The notes under the pieces are model-generated. The model made no database searches. It saw nothing but the letters and a program-made list of their open reading frames with translations, and was not told the origin of the DNA. Below are positions 47,320 through 61,249 of a stretch of 64,000 bases of DNA, one piece after another. Numbering within the stretch: the stretch's first letter is position 1; every line of letters begins with the position of its first letter. Where the stretch lies: contig NC_045696.1 in NCBI RefSeq assembly GCF_009834535.1, forward strand, positions 15,936,001-16,000,000, in the 5' to 3' direction. The position numbers were made by a program, and so were the translations under genes. The stretch comes from Camelus ferus (Eukaryota).

Positions 47320-47975
47320 AAGACAATCTCAAAGGATAAACAAAGAAGCAACCTCAAACCCCACCACTAAGAGGTAAGCACGGTTCACTTTTACCAGTCA
47401 TCCTGCTGGACGTCTCCCTAGGCACACAGATACCAAGAGAAGGTGAACACTAACTCTACTCTGTGATCCACTTTCTTCGTTCAACAGTATGTCATAGGTT
47501 TTTTATATGTCAAAATACTTATTTCCGTATCATCACTTTAATTGCTCCATAGTCTACCATCTTATCTATGCAATAATTTATTTTAAAAACTTCTATTGCT
47601 GAATGTATTTCCAATTTTTCTTTAATGTAAAAATAACTGCAATAACTTAAGTACACATCATACTTCTCTAAGTATTTCCTTCAGGTAAATTCCTATAAGT
47701 GGGTTTGTTGTCTCCGAGAAAACTAAATTGCCATCTGTCCTCCAAAGTTGTTTTTGGTTTTGTTTGGTTTTGTTTCAGTTTTTTGGTTTTGGTTTTTTTT
47801 TTTTTTTTGCGGGGGGGATTGGGTTTATCTATTTAATTTTTTTTAAATGGAGGTACTGGGGATTGAACCCAGGACTGCATGCATGCTAAGCACGTGCTCT
47901 ACCACTTGAGCTATACCCTCCTCCCAAAGTTTTTTCTAATCAATTTACACTTCCACTAGCAGTATAAGAATATAC
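47320..47975 (-). mobile_element. Decayed L1ME fragment (antisense), split by a SINE
   Basis: ttccttcaggtaaattccta, aatttacacttccactagcagtata. Confidence 0.6.
47750..47923 (-). mobile_element. Camelid tRNA-derived SINE (Vic-1-like)
   Basis: Minus strand gagggtatagctcaagtggtagagcacgtgcttagcatgc...gggttcaatccccagtacctcca with Pol III A/B boxes; A-rich tail; TSD ccaaagtt (47742-47749 / 47924-47931). Confidence 0.9.
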
Positions 47976-48780
47976 ACGTGCCAATAAGTACATGAAAAGA
48001 TACTCAGCATCATTAGCCATCAGGGAAATGCAAGTCAAAACCACAATGAGCTATTACTTCATACTTACTAGCACGGCTATAATCAAAAAGACAGATGATA
48101 ACAAGTATTGCTAAGCTATGGAGAAATCGGAACCCTCATACACTACTGGTGGGAATGTAAATTGATGCAGCCACTTAGGAAAATTGTCTGGCAGTTTCTT
48201 AAAAAGAATTATCTTATGACTCAGCAATTGCATTCCTAAGTATATGCTCCAAAAAACTGAAATCAGGGACTCAGACAGATATTCGTACACCAATGTTCAT
48301 TGCAGCATTAATTGCAATAGCCAAAAAGTAGAAACAATCCAATTCTTCATCAACAGATGAATGGATAAACAAAATGTGGTGTTGAGTATTATTCATCCAT
48401 AAGTTCTGATACATGCTGCAACACGGATGAACCCTGAAAACATCATGCTAAGTAAACTAAGCCACACACAAAAGGATAAACATTGCATGAATCCACTTAC
48501 ATGTAATATCTAGAATAGGCAAATTGATAGAGACAGAAAGGAGATTAGAGGTGATTGGGGGCTGAGGAGAGGGGGAGATGGGGAGTTACTACTTAGTGGT
48601 TATATTTCTACTTGGGGTGATGAAGAGTCTTGGAAATAGATACCGGAGATTGTTGCACAACCTTGTGAGTGTAATTAATGCCACTGAATTATATGTTTAG
48701 AAGTGGTAATGGCAAATTTTGTGTTACATATGTTTTACCACAATAAAATAATAAAAAATACATAAGTTCTAAAATTTTTA
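47976..48780 (+). mobile_element. L1MB-like ORF2 end and 3'UTR
   Basis: catcagggaaatgcaagtcaaaaccacaatgag...aatgccactgaatt...ttttaccacaataaaa. Confidence 0.9.
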
Positions 48781-48784
48781 ACAA

Positions 48785-49142
48785 AGGAATTCAGTATGGA
48801 TACTTGCTGCAATACGGATAAACCTTGAAAAGATTTTGCAAAATGAAATCAGCTGGTCACGAAAGGCAACATACTGTATGATTCCAACCTATTTCAAATG
48901 TCCAGAATTAGCAAATCTATAGAGATAGAAAGTAGATTAGAGGTTACCTAGTGCTGGAGGCTGGGGGTCAGGTGAGGTGACAAGAAGAGTGACTACTAAT
49001 GGGTATACTGTTTTTATGGGAGAGGGGCTGCAGTGATGGTTGTACAACTCTGTGAATATACTAAAAACCATTGAAATATACATTAAAAATGGTGAATTAC
49101 ATGGTAAGTGAAATATACCTCATGAAAGCTGTTGAATTTTTT
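48785..49142 (+). mobile_element. Second L1MB-like 3'UTR fragment
   Basis: gtccagaattagcaaatctatagagatagaaagtagattag...gtgaatatactaaaaaccattgaa. Confidence 0.8.
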
Positions 49143-49311
49143 AATTGTGGATTTCTCTGTGATGGATATCTTGGATCATTTTTTTTCATATTTATTGGCC
49201 ATTTGTGTTTATTCTGTTGTAATTGGCTTGTTCTTTGTTCTGGTATTTTTTTTAATGATGAAAAGTTCCATTCAGAGTCTACATTGACATGTATTTTTAA
49301 AGTACATTATG

Positions 49312-50473
49312 AATAAAAGGAAGAATAGACAAATGGGACCTAATTAAACTTACAAGCTTTTTGCACAGCAAAGGAAACCATAAGCAAAACAAAACGACAA
49401 CCTATGGAATGGGAGAAAATATTTGCAAAAGATGAAAATGACAAGGGCTTGATTTCCAGAATTTATTAACAGCTCATACGCCTTTATAAGAAAAAAAACA
49501 AACAACCCAATCCAAAAATGGTCAGACCTAAATAAGCAATACTCCAATGAAGATATATGAATGATCAATAGGTACATGAAAAAATGCTCAGTATCACTAA
49601 TTATCAGAGAAATGCAAATCAAAACTACAGTGAGGTATCACCTCACACCTCACACATCAAATGCAAATCAAAACTACAGAGGTATCACCTCTGAATGATG
49701 GTCAGAATGGCCATCATTCAGAAGTCCATAAATGACAAATGCTGGAGAGGCTGTGGAGAAAAGGGAACCCTCCTACACTACTGGTGGGAATGCAGTTTGG
49801 TGCAGCCATTGTGGAAAACAGTATGGAGATTCCTCAAAAGACTAGGAATAGACTTACCATATGACCCAGGAATCCCACTCCTGGGAATCCTAATTAAAAA
49901 AGACACCAGCACCCCAATGTTCATAGCAGCACTGTTTACAGTAGCTAAGTCATGGAAACAGCCTAAATGTCCACCGACAGATGACTGGATAAAGAAAATG
50001 TGGTATATTTACACAATGGAATACTATTTGGCCATAAAAATGACAACATAATGCCATTTGCAGCAACATGGATGTCCCTGGAGAATGTCATTCTAGTGAA
50101 GTAAGCCAGAAAAATACCACATGGTATCACTCATATGTGGAATCTAAAAAAAAGAAGAATACAAAAGAACTTAAATATAAAATAGAAACAGACTCATAGG
50201 CATAGAATATGAACTTGTGGTTGCCAGCAGGGAGAGGGGTGGGACGGGACAGAATGGGAGTTCAAAATTTGTAGACACTGACAGGTATATATAGAATATA
50301 TAAACAAGTTTATACTGTACAGCACAGGGAAATATATACAAGATCTTGTAGCAGCTCATGGTGAAAAAGAATGTGAAAATGAATATATATATATTCATGT
50401 ATGACTGAAAAATTGTGCTGTACACCAGAAATTGACACAACATTGTAAACTGACTATAGCGCAACTTTTTAAA
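49312..50473 (+). mobile_element. Young camelid L1, 5'-truncated (ORF2 C-terminal remnant and 3'UTR)
   Basis: Perfect 13-bp TSD aaagtacattatg (49299-49311 / 50474-50486) at a TTTT/AA site; ORF 49695-50051 gives [34 protein letters not shown] (ORF2 Cys-rich domain). Confidence 0.96.
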
Positions 50474-51269
50474 AAAGTACATTATGTTCTTGAAATTGGT
50501 GGAAATACTGCAGGTGGCATGCCTCAAGCCAGAAGAGAAGGCCAGTTCTGAAGATGATGACAGTCTAACAGGTTGAACTGATTTTATCTGTCACATAATG
50601 AACACAGCATGGAACGGCAGCACAAAGAGAATACGCCTTGAATTCTTCAGTACCATGGAAGATGCCTTACAAATATGACCTCGTGTAATGCATCACACCC
50701 ACTGACAAAGGAGAGAGGTTCCCAAGGTTATACAGTCAGCTGTTGCAACTGGGATTTGAGCCTATTTCTCTCTGCCTTCAAAGCGCTAGTCCCATCTTAA
50801 ATGCCCTCTGTAGAGTGCTGATCACATATGCATGACCAAGAATAGGAAGCAGTGATGGTGCCCTTTGTACTGTCTGAGTTCCAGACACCTAAGGCTGGAA
50901 CAATGCTGAGTAGCCACTGGCAATATAAAGTTCGAGCTGTCAGAATATACATTTCCTTCACTGCTCCCAGGGAGACCGTGTGGAGAAATTTACCAATAAA
51001 TTCTTCAAGGTCCTTTGAATGTCCCTGAGGGAATTATGAGACTCCCTGGGTCATAAGGATTGCAGTGGGACTATCTTTGCTCAGCCAAAGCTCTGATTCA
51101 GGAGGTAGCAGTAATAGGTCAGATGTCACAGAGACCAGGAAAAAAAGTCACACGAAGAACGACACACAGCCATCAAAAGAGAAAATGAATACCATACTTG
51201 GGAAATTAATTTGTAGATTAATTTCCATGGGGATTAGATTATACATCTGTACAATTAAAAGTAGTATCA

Positions 51270-51380
51270 TACAAGGATCACATTTCTTATTTGAAAGGAA
51301 CCTTAGAATTTATCTCCTCAAGGCTTTTATTTTACAGATGTCAAAGCTGAGACCTTGAGGTTTTAATTAACTATTTTACT
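51270..51380 (-). mobile_element. MIR fragment
   Basis: ggaaccttagaatttatct...attttacagatgtcaaagctgagacc. Confidence 0.55.
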
Positions 51381-52414
51381 TAGAAAAATCTAAATCTCAG
51401 TGAAGAGATGACAGCATGATTTCTGCAGACTCCAAACTCCTAGATTGATTGCCCTTCCTCCTCACTCTGAAAAACCTCCAAAGTCAGTTTTCAATGGCAA
51501 AACCGTACCCTGTGAATTTAATATTTTCTAGCTGTCCGTGATGCACTGGGAATTATTCAGCTCTAACTCCCTTTAGCTATTCACTGGAAGAGAATATAAT
51601 TCTTACCACTGCTCATGTTTTCAAGCTACATGTCCTCAGGTAGCTAAAAAGTTCCAGTCTGTGAAACACAAAATGAAATGCCAGGATGCTATTTTTGATT
51701 GACATCGAAAGCAAGGAAGCAGATTAATATCCACTGGCAAAAATTGTATGCTGATAGAGAGAAATTGCTAGCGATAAGCTATAAATGTTAGCCCACTGCA
51801 CTGACGAAGAATCCACTCTCCATGTTGACTAAGATGACAGTGCTTTCCTTTGGTTTCCACTTTCTACGATTCTAAAATTAGACATTTAATTTTATTTTTA
51901 ATTTAATTATAAATGTAATTGTATCATAAGTGTGATTCAGCAAAGAAGAGAGAAAAGAACCACAAATGGAGGTCAGGAAACACCTGCTTTTTTATCACCT
52001 TCCATTTCATGTACATTTTCCTTGGAATTTAATTGTCTTCATATAACTTAATTTTTTAAAATACTTTTACAAATAGATATGCTCAGAAAATGTATATGAA
52101 TTCATTTTTCAAGCAATATTACAAGGGGCAAAACCTAGTTTAATAGCTATAAATGTACTTTTTAATCCTTATGTATAATCTAGGACAATAGAACAGCTTG
52201 CTCTAAAAGAGACAAAGTGCTCATTTAACTTTTAAAAAATATATTTCACATTTATTCTGGTATCAGGCAATCCTGTGCCACAGTAGCAGGCAATTCAAGA
52301 TAAGCCCAGTTAAAATGTAAGAAAAGTACTTTAAATGTCAAAGCCTGTGGCACATTTACATAGCAATATAGAATTTTGCTTCACTCCTTGGTTAATGAAC
52401 ATAATGGCCAGGCT

Positions 52415-52635
52415 TAAAAATAAATATTTAATATGTTTGTATATCTAACATATTTTATAATATATAATATTAGATAATACATATACTTGTATTTAATATA
52501 TATTAAATTAAATAACTATTTGAGGATATAATGCAATTGGGATCAATTAGAAAGTCAAAATATAATTGTGTATATATAGATATATATTGAACTAAATATA
52601 CACTCAGATACGTATCAATATAAGATATATACAGC
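52415..52635. repeat. AT-rich low-complexity tract
   Basis: tattttataatatataatattagataata... Confidence 0.7.
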
Positions 52636-54819
52636 AGATAAAAAGCCTGACATCTTTTTTTCCCATTCAATGAACTGATTGGTCATTTTCACAATCATGT
52701 AGATAAAAATACGAACAAGAATATGCACTTACATAGCCAAGGAACAACCTATAGCATTGTCTTTTTATCTGCTTTTATTGGTCTTCATTTTCTAAGGGAT
52801 TAGATTACTTCTAGACTTCAGTGTTTTTATGTTAGTTTGTTATTTTCCAAGTTGATTTTGTTTTGCTCTTTGAACATTCCATTGTTTCATGCCATTGTTT
52901 GCTGACATAGTGAAATGTGACTCACAGCACAAAACCCAGCCGACGGGAGGACATAGTATCTGGAAACTGGGGATGCAGGCAGTAAAGGATGTCAGGATCC
53001 ACTAAAAATAGAAGGTTTTATACTTTCAGTTTAGTCATCTTTGGGATAAAAATCTCTTACTTCAGCTCAGCATGAAGTTTGTTTTTTTGTTTTTTGTTTG
53101 TTTTGTTTTTTTTTTTAAGCATAGTAGAGGGAACAATTCAATGTGAAAGTTATTTTTTTAAAGGTGTTTTTTTAGCCCATCAAATTTCAGTGAACATGGT
53201 TAATAACCACTTCAAATTGCTGTGCCAGGAGAAACTGCTCTTACCTAATTGCCTGCCAAGGATCATAAAGCACCTCTGTGTCACTGGCAATTCATCGGTC
53301 TACTGATATCATAACTCACATTGATTAGTTTCTCGCTCTCATTTTTCACATTCACTGATGCTCACTTCCTTTGATTTTTTTTTTTTTTTTTATGTCCAGT
53401 AGTCCCCAAATTAAGGGCTATGCCTTGGCTCTACAATTTTTAGTAGTTTCTGTACAAGTTCTCCTAAGTGGATGTTCTTTTCTTCCACATCACACACATA
53501 CACATGTGCACGCGTGCATGTACACATAGACACAGAGAACTTAAATGGCCAAATATATTCTCCTCTGAGTGCAATTGTTTCATTCGATGTAAAGCATTTC
53601 ATTTTCATATTGATCTACAGCGCCTTTTAAAGCCACTCCAAAGCCTCATTATGTGACATGCTGGTGATCAAACCACTTTATCTGAGAATGCCAGAATCTT
53701 TACCAGATCACAGCTAATGAGTTGGCTTCCAGCATGGTGTCATAAGGCTCAGTTCCCAGAACCAAATCGTATCTGTCAGTTCTTTTCACAGGCACACACG
53801 TCTTCTCTGTTGGTATAGCGTGTCGTGCAGTGGCCAGCACTGAGCAGCGGGAATCAGCTCATATGAGGACGCCTCCATCATCCTCTCCTGGATAACTCTG
53901 CACGATGTGAAGAAAGAATGTTCACACCTGCCAATCCTGCTGAATCTCATTGTTTTTCGTGCTGCAAACCAATTAGTTTTACATTCTCTCGAGGAAGGCA
54001 AGAGCGTGAAAAGCTGTCTTTTGGCCACAACGTGATGGCTCTCTACTCCCTCAAAGGAAGGTAGAATTCATGTTGGCCAGCAGAATGGAGAAGGGTTTGA
54101 GACATGATGGGAAATCGTTCCTGTAGGGAGAAACATCTCCTTGGAGGTGTCAATTCGCTGTGAGCTCAGTAAACGTGGTGACCCAGCTCCAGGGGGGTCA
54201 AACTCCTCATTCCTCTCACCACCACCTCCTGGGACATGAAATGACCCAAGCAAAGGGTGGATACTTGATCACTGGGGGCAGTGTAACCTGGCTGGCCAGG
54301 TTAAATGCCACAAAGAAATGAGTTACATAGAAATCCGTCCACTTCAGGTATAGGGCTGCCACATCTAACGCAGCTGACAATTCTGTTTGAAAAATACACA
54401 TTCGGATCATTTTCCAGAAAGTGGCTAAGACATTACACTACACCTTTATTGCATTTGCCTTTGAAAAAAATTAATACAATATTTTGTCAAACTGTACAGC
54501 TTACAATGATAAGCTATTGAATTTACTGCCTCATCAGCCTCACAGATTTTAAACTCAGGAGAGTCATCCAAATGACTAAACAGTAATCAAGGAACTGTGT
54601 ATAAAATCATTTTCTACACCAAAGATCACCTCGCCGACATCCTCAGGCCAACCAGGTCCTCCCTGGGTTTTTAAGCCAGGATTGCTACTACTTATGCCAC
54701 AATTTTTTCTGATGATGGTATGAAGTTTTAAATTTTTCTAGTTGTTGCTTCATTAAGGAGCATATGCCTGAAAAATTCAAAAGAAATGTTATCACTGTCA
54801 AGTCAGCACTCAGCATTCG

Positions 54820-55640
54820 TGTAAATGATGTGATATTTTGATTCATAATAAGAAATATATTTTTTGGTCTTGGTCCCTGTTTCTGGCACAGAGCTCCTAA
54901 AACTCTTCAGCATTTCCTAAAGGTGTTTTGTTATATTAATGAGGTGACTTGTGCAAAGCACTTGAGGATGGAGGCTGGTTGCCAAGGGAACCAACCATGT
55001 GATTGGAGCATTGGAACTTTCAGGCTCAGCCCCCAGATCTCCAGGGAGTAGAGAGGGGCTGGAGACTGAGTTCAGTCACCAATGGTCAATGAAAATGAAC
55101 CTCCATATAAACCCCAAAGGGCAGGGTTAGGAGAGATTCTGGGTTGGTGAACATGTGGAGATTCGGGTAGAGTGGAAGTCAGAGAAGGCATGGAAGCTTC
55201 TTACCCTTTCCCTTTTCCTTGCCCTCTGCATCTCTTCCATCTGCCTCTTCCTGAGTTATATCCTTTTATAATAAACAGGTATTCTACTAAGTAAAATGTG
55301 TCCCTGAGTTCTGTGAGCTGCTCTAGTAACTTAATCAAACCCAAGGAGGAGGTCACTGGAACCTCCAATGTATAGCTGATCAGTCCAAAGCACGGGTGAT
55401 AAACTGGACTTGAAACTGGCATCTGAAGCTGGAACGAGCGGCAGTCTTGCAGGACTGAACCTTAATCCGTGAAATCTGACGCTATCTCCACGGAGACAGC
55501 ATCAAAATTGAGTTGAATTGCAGGACACTCAGCTGCTGTTGGAGACTTGCTCGGTGGTGTGGGGAAACCCACACACACGTATGCCACGGAACATGGAATC
55601 AGAGATTCCTAAAAGTTGTGAGTTCTATGTGCAGGTGAGT
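54820..55640 (+). mobile_element. MER21-like ERVL LTR
   Basis: tttctggcacagagctcctaaaac, ggctggttgcca, gagttctgtgagctgctctag, ggcatctgaag. Confidence 0.88.
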
Positions 55641-57189
55641 CGTGGAGGATGGATAGAAGGATAGTGGGAGGGCTAAGGGGAAAAGAAAGGATAAATGGGC
55701 ATAAAAACAATCTGTGATGAAGGGCCAATCCTTCTTCCAATTTGTACTTAAAAACAAAATAAAATAAAAATAAACTCTTCAGCGTCCAAGACACACACAG
55801 CATACGCCCAGGGATTCCACACTTGGCTGTCGCCGCTATGTCAAGCTGCTATCGAGTTCTCTCCACGTTTACTCCGAATTTCTCACTTAGGACGTAAGAA
55901 GCAATTCACAGGCTGCCTGCTTCACCTCACGCTGGTCTGCTGACACTATGGGTCTGGTAGAATTTTAGAACCTGCGTTTTCAGTCTTTTCTCCAGCTGTG
56001 CCCCCAGGGAGCAGCCCCTTCGCTCTGGGTTGCTGCATGTCAGCCCTGCGGCTGCTCTGGCCTCTGGAGAGTCCCGGAACGCTGATTCTCAGGAGAGAAA
56101 AGCCTTTCCCAATCTTTACCAACCTCTGTCCCTCATCTAGAGATCTCTGTGGTCCTGGGGTCTGGGATGGCGTTCTTACCTCCTGGCTAGCACTGCTTTC
56201 TAACATACGTGCTTTCTCTGTTAACCACTGGTTCAACTGCTTGGAAAAGCGTCTTTCTCTGTGCTTTTGGACCTGATGAAATGTCCTTTTTATGAGGGCT
56301 AGGATGATGGGCCCCACGATCTTGTTCTTCCCTCTTCCCTCATCCTTTGGATGGATTGCAGTGCTTGTTCCCGAGCCACTTTGATCCTCCTGCTCATCTT
56401 GGGTTTGCAGTCTGAGAGATGCCACCTATCCACAGCTCATCCGAAGAGCTCAGGTGACTTGACATCCCCCTGACATATTAATGCTGTCCTTTATCCATCC
56501 AAATCTCATTCTGCTTCTAACTGCAGGATGCTAACTCTTGCCACTCTCCAACTTGGCGCAAAAATTTGACATCCAAAACCCTCCGCACGCATTCAGGAAT
56601 GCTGTCATACGTAAAGACAGGAGAGCGACTTTTTCACATCCCTTCAGGAAGGAGGAATGGAAGATTTGTGGACTTTCAGTGGGATTGTTCCTGACTCTTG
56701 ATGACTGGCTAGACAGAAACAGGGCAGATTTATTTTCTGACCGGCCCTTGGATATGCATGCTCAATCGTCTGCAACCCAGCTAATTAGAAAGGTCAGTGA
56801 GCAAAGCAGAGAAAGAGACCTGAGCCAAACTGCAAATGTACATGTTACTGATGACTGTGCCGCACGGAAGCAGGGAGAAGACTTAAGAAGAGTGCTCGCG
56901 CCCAGTGAAGAACCTTGGTGAGAAATTTTGGAAGGCAAAGGAGTGAATGCTACTGCTGGACAGGTCACTGTCAGCAGGCTCTGTGCAAAATTAATAATAC
57001 GGTGTGGCTGGGGCCGTGTTCCCTTGTTCCTGCAGAAGGGAATGGCTGCACGATGAATAAAGGTAAAAGCATAAAAATAAGAAAGAAAAGATGAAGTATG
57101 AACTACGCCTTAATAACAGACCATCACTGAGCACACAGAAGCTACAAAATGCCACCTAACTCCTTCCTGTAGTGCAAGGAAAGGCACCT

Positions 57190-57395
57190 TATTTCTTGAG
57201 CATTTGGTAGGTTCCAGATACTGCAGTAAGGTAATTTTCTATACTATACAAGTGATAGACTACTGTCCTCTTTTTATAGTTGAGAAAGCGGAGACTCAGA
57301 GAAGTTAAATATGATGTCTCATTTTACACAACCAACAAATGGAAAAGCTGGGGCCAATGTCTGTTTGAATCCAATGCCCATTCTCTGTGTACCAA
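57190..57395 (-). mobile_element. MIR SINE
   Basis: ttttatagttgagaaagcggagactcagagaagttaaat. Confidence 0.65.
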
Positions 57396-57914
57396 CTGCC
57401 ACCCCGAAGAAGACAGGTACAAAGTCTTTGACATCAGATCACTAGATATACTGTTGCTACTTCAATTCCACTCTTCAATCAAAGTTAAATTATACTATGA
57501 ATTAACAGTAATTGGATTAAAGCTCTAGGAGAGTGCCTAGTCCATGTTTGTTAAATAACACAATGTACAAATATGCGAAACTTGAACTTATGTAACTGCA
57601 CAGGCACAAATCCATTTGTCCTCCTATGTTATCCAAACATAGCTCTGTGAGATTTTACTCTATGAGATTACATTCCAATGCAAGAACTGCAAGTACGCCC
57701 AGGGCCTCAGCACATTTACTTAGCTGAGAGAACCTGATGAAAGAATGAAACTTCTCGGGAATATATCAGGATTTGAGAACAACAGGAAATGATGCTACCC
57801 ACAGAGACTGGAATGTTTTATGAAGCTCTTTGCTGGCGATGTGACAGTTGTTTTATCTATAATAGAAGCTTTGCCAAAAATATCCCAGCCCATTTGAGCT
57901 GCGGGCTCAAAGTA

Positions 57915-58143
57915 CCGCGTTCATTCTCAAGTGGTGGGTTTGCTATATCCCCAGGGATAAATATCTGTCCTGGGTATGAATAAGAGGTTTCTAGCATGTG
58001 AACAGGCAAATTCTTAGACCTCCCCTCATAGAACCTTTGTTCCAGTCGGTCTGAGGTGGGGTCCAGAAATCTGTACTTTAGCATCCATCAATTTCCAACA
58101 CAGGTGGATCTAATGCTTACTGATTAAGAATCAGTGGACTAGA
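57915..58143 (+). mobile_element. MER5-like hAT-Charlie element
   Basis: ggtctgaggtggggtccagaaatctgtacttt...taagaatcagtg. Confidence 0.55.
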
Positions 58144-59721
58144 GGATCCTCTACTTCAGTTTGGAATGAATCCCTCAGGTTCATGCTTGTACTCACAATA
58201 TGGCCATCACAGGCTTTCCAGCTGGGTCTACAGTGGTTGAGGTTTTCCTGGGTTCTCAAATTGCTAGAGCATTGCTTAAATTGAATCAAGTCTACTTATG
58301 ATAAATCCCAAGGACATACCTACATGAGACCAGCCTTTACAACGGGAGTGCTGAAGTTCTGTTCTGATGAGAATTTGCTTCCTTTGGTGTGCTCTGGGCT
58401 GCTCTCAAAACAAAGCTGTGAACTGGAAGAATCTGGTTTGTATCCTACCTGCTAAGCCTTTATCACTTCCAGCTTCAGTGTCCAAACCACATGTGGGAAG
58501 CTAAAGCTTCCTGGCTCCTGAGGATCAACTGAGGTACCCAGTTGAAGCAGCCTAACCCTCCTTCCCCTGCTCTGGATTTCTCTCCATTTCCTCCATCAAA
58601 ATGTGCCTCATCCATTTGCCACCTGGTCCGAATCTTAGCTAGACCCAGCACAGTGATAAGACTTTGATATGATATCTTAGAATGAACTAACAGACTATTT
58701 TATTTGGAAGCCAAACTAGGGCTAAGAGAGGTAGATTTTGTCTTGGGTCTCACATATTGCAAAATAACGTTCATGAATAAAGTCAGAATGATGATGTCAG
58801 GTGGTGTGGACATGCAAAGTATGGTCCTTCCTCCACTTTTCTGTTAGAGAGACTAAAAACATATTTATCAGTCATCCACTGCCTCTGTTGACAATTCAAC
58901 AAGATCATAGAAAGACTTAGCCAACAGATAGGATTTAGAACTCAACATGGCAAAACCTGGACCCTAAATATGTTTTAATTTTTGGAAGGAAAAAACCAGG
59001 ATAATATGCTAGAATACAAAATACAATCAAAATCAAAGATAAGGATCGTATACCAAAAATATCATTTGGTTAAACATGAGGTTCCATGGCACTTTTCCAA
59101 CCTAAGACCAACAACTGGAACATCGGAACAGACACAACAGCCAAGCAAAATTCTCAGGGGAAAGCAAAGAAAACCAGTTCTCCCATTAAAGCTCTAAAAA
59201 GGCAGCAGAGACTTACTATTTTTAGAATATCTTTGATGGCCTCAGTATCTGACATGATCAACACTTAAATATATCATGAAATAGTAGCAGCTTAGGATAA
59301 GATAAAGAGGAGGAGGGGAAGATCCCATAATTTATTGATACTTTTGTATCCTTAGAATCACTCAAACTTAAGCTCTGTCCTTGGAATCAGACATCTAGAA
59401 GCCTTTGGCTTCTTAGTAATAAATCATTCAGCCATAACCTTCAAACTTCATGGTTATAATTAACACATAAGGCTTAATGGATGCTAATGAGTTACTTTTT
59501 TAAGGTAGCATGCTATTTTGACAGAGGCTTTTTATACACAAGGCCTTACAAATTCCAAGGAATAACTCTTAGAGTTAGAAACTGCATGCATTCTAATAAG
59601 ATAGGAAGAAAGATACCAAGAAGGAGGTTAAGTGGTCGAAAGCAGCTCCCAGTGTCTCCACAAAGACCATGCACTGTGTAATGCTTTCCATTCATTGTAA
59701 ATCAAACGCGTTAAAAAAAAA

Positions 59722-60190
59722 ATAAAACTTTAAAGCATACTGCTAAGTGAAAGAAGCCAGCCTGAAAAGGCTACATACCGTCTGCTTCCAGCTATATGAC
59801 ATTTTGGAAAAGGCAGAACTATAGAGACAGTAAAATGACCAGTGGCTGCCTGAGGCTTGGGGAGAGGGACAGAGTGATAAATAGGTGAAGCCCAGGGGAT
59901 TTTAGGATGCTATAATTTTTCTGTTTGAAACTGATTTGTGGATACATGACATCACGCATTTGTCAAAACCCAGAACACATACAATGCAAAGAGTGAGCCC
60001 TACTGGAAATGCAAGACTATAGTTGCCAATAACGTATCAGTATTGGTTCACAGATTGTAGCAAAGGAAACACATACATGCAAGATACTAATAATGGGACA
60101 ATAATGGAGAAAATGGGAAGGCGGGTGGGTATATGGAACTGCTAAGTACTATCTATTCAATCACTCTGTAAATCTAAAACTGTAGTTTTT
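59722..60190 (+). mobile_element. L1MC1/2-like 3'UTR
   Basis: ctaagtgaaagaagccagcctgaaaaggctacatac...gcatttgtcaaaaccc...ctgtaaatctaaaactg. Confidence 0.88.
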
Positions 60191-61249
60191 TGAACGTGTA
60201 AGAAAATGAAACGTACTCAAAAAATGATGATGGGGGTGGAGCACCACGGCAGTCACCACACTCACATTTACTCAGTGCGCACTGTGTGGGAGCACCCAGC
60301 TAAGACCCCCAACATCACCTCATTTACCCCCAACAACATAGCTCGACGGCAGCTCATAAGAGCATCACACTCACTTGAGGGTTAGGGAACCGAGAGTAAG
60401 TGCAGGTAAGTCCTTGCCCCAAAGAACACAGCCAGCCCTTGTCACTCAGTTTCAAACCTCGGGTCCAGGCTGCCCCTAAACCCACACATCTCCCCTCTGT
60501 GGGAACCTGCTTTGATTTGCTGACTCGTAGTCGCTTTGGCCTGTGCACCAACAAGTGGGTTACTACAAAGTTCCACGAGTGACTACGGGCCAAAATGATC
60601 AGGATATTGTAACACAGGGTCAGATGGAAAGCTTCTCACCGTGAGGCAGTGCCTACTGATAAGCCAGGGACACCCACAGAATGAAACAAACACGGCCCTC
60701 CAGGAGCGTGGGATGGCGGGAAAGCAGGTCTGGTGGGCACCAGCATTGATGGCTTCGGGACGAAGTCAAGTTTCAAGACGGAACCATTCCCGCCCCGGGT
60801 GCCGTATCAGCAAACTGAAACTCAGAGAACTTCTGTGCCCCTGTAAATGCTTTACTGGACCAGAAACACGGACCATCCAGTCATTCTATCCTCAAATGCC
60901 AAGCCAACTCCAGGCCTTCTCGCCCCAAACAGGGCTGACTATGTGGCCCCAGCCAGCCAGGTGTTTTCTCTCTGTCCCTTCCCTGTTCTTTGCTCCTTGT
61001 CCTCTACAAGCTTCCTGCCTTCTGCTCCGTTTAGCAGTTCTCCACAAGGAGACTGTCAGCTTCATGACGTGCTTAAAATAAAGTTTGTTTATATCACCTA
61101 AATTGTCTTCTTGAATCATTTTTTAACACAAATAAACCAATCATAGTAACATTGACGTGTAAGCTTAAATGACAATGTTTTGCCTTAAAACCAAACTGTT
61201 TTTTTTTTTAATAACAATAACAACAACAATAAAAATAAGCCAGAAAAAG

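Noticed and set aside
47850..47923. tRNA gene
   Set aside because: tRNA-like head is followed by a SINE body, an A-rich tail and TSDs; it is a SINE
49695..50051. 118-aa ORF as a functional CDS
   Set aside because: Truncated L1 ORF2 C-terminus with an internal deletion and a frameshift
55946..56425. Longest ORF in the track (159 aa, minus strand)
   Set aside because: GTG start, no recognisable domain, internal donor-like site; length compatible with chance
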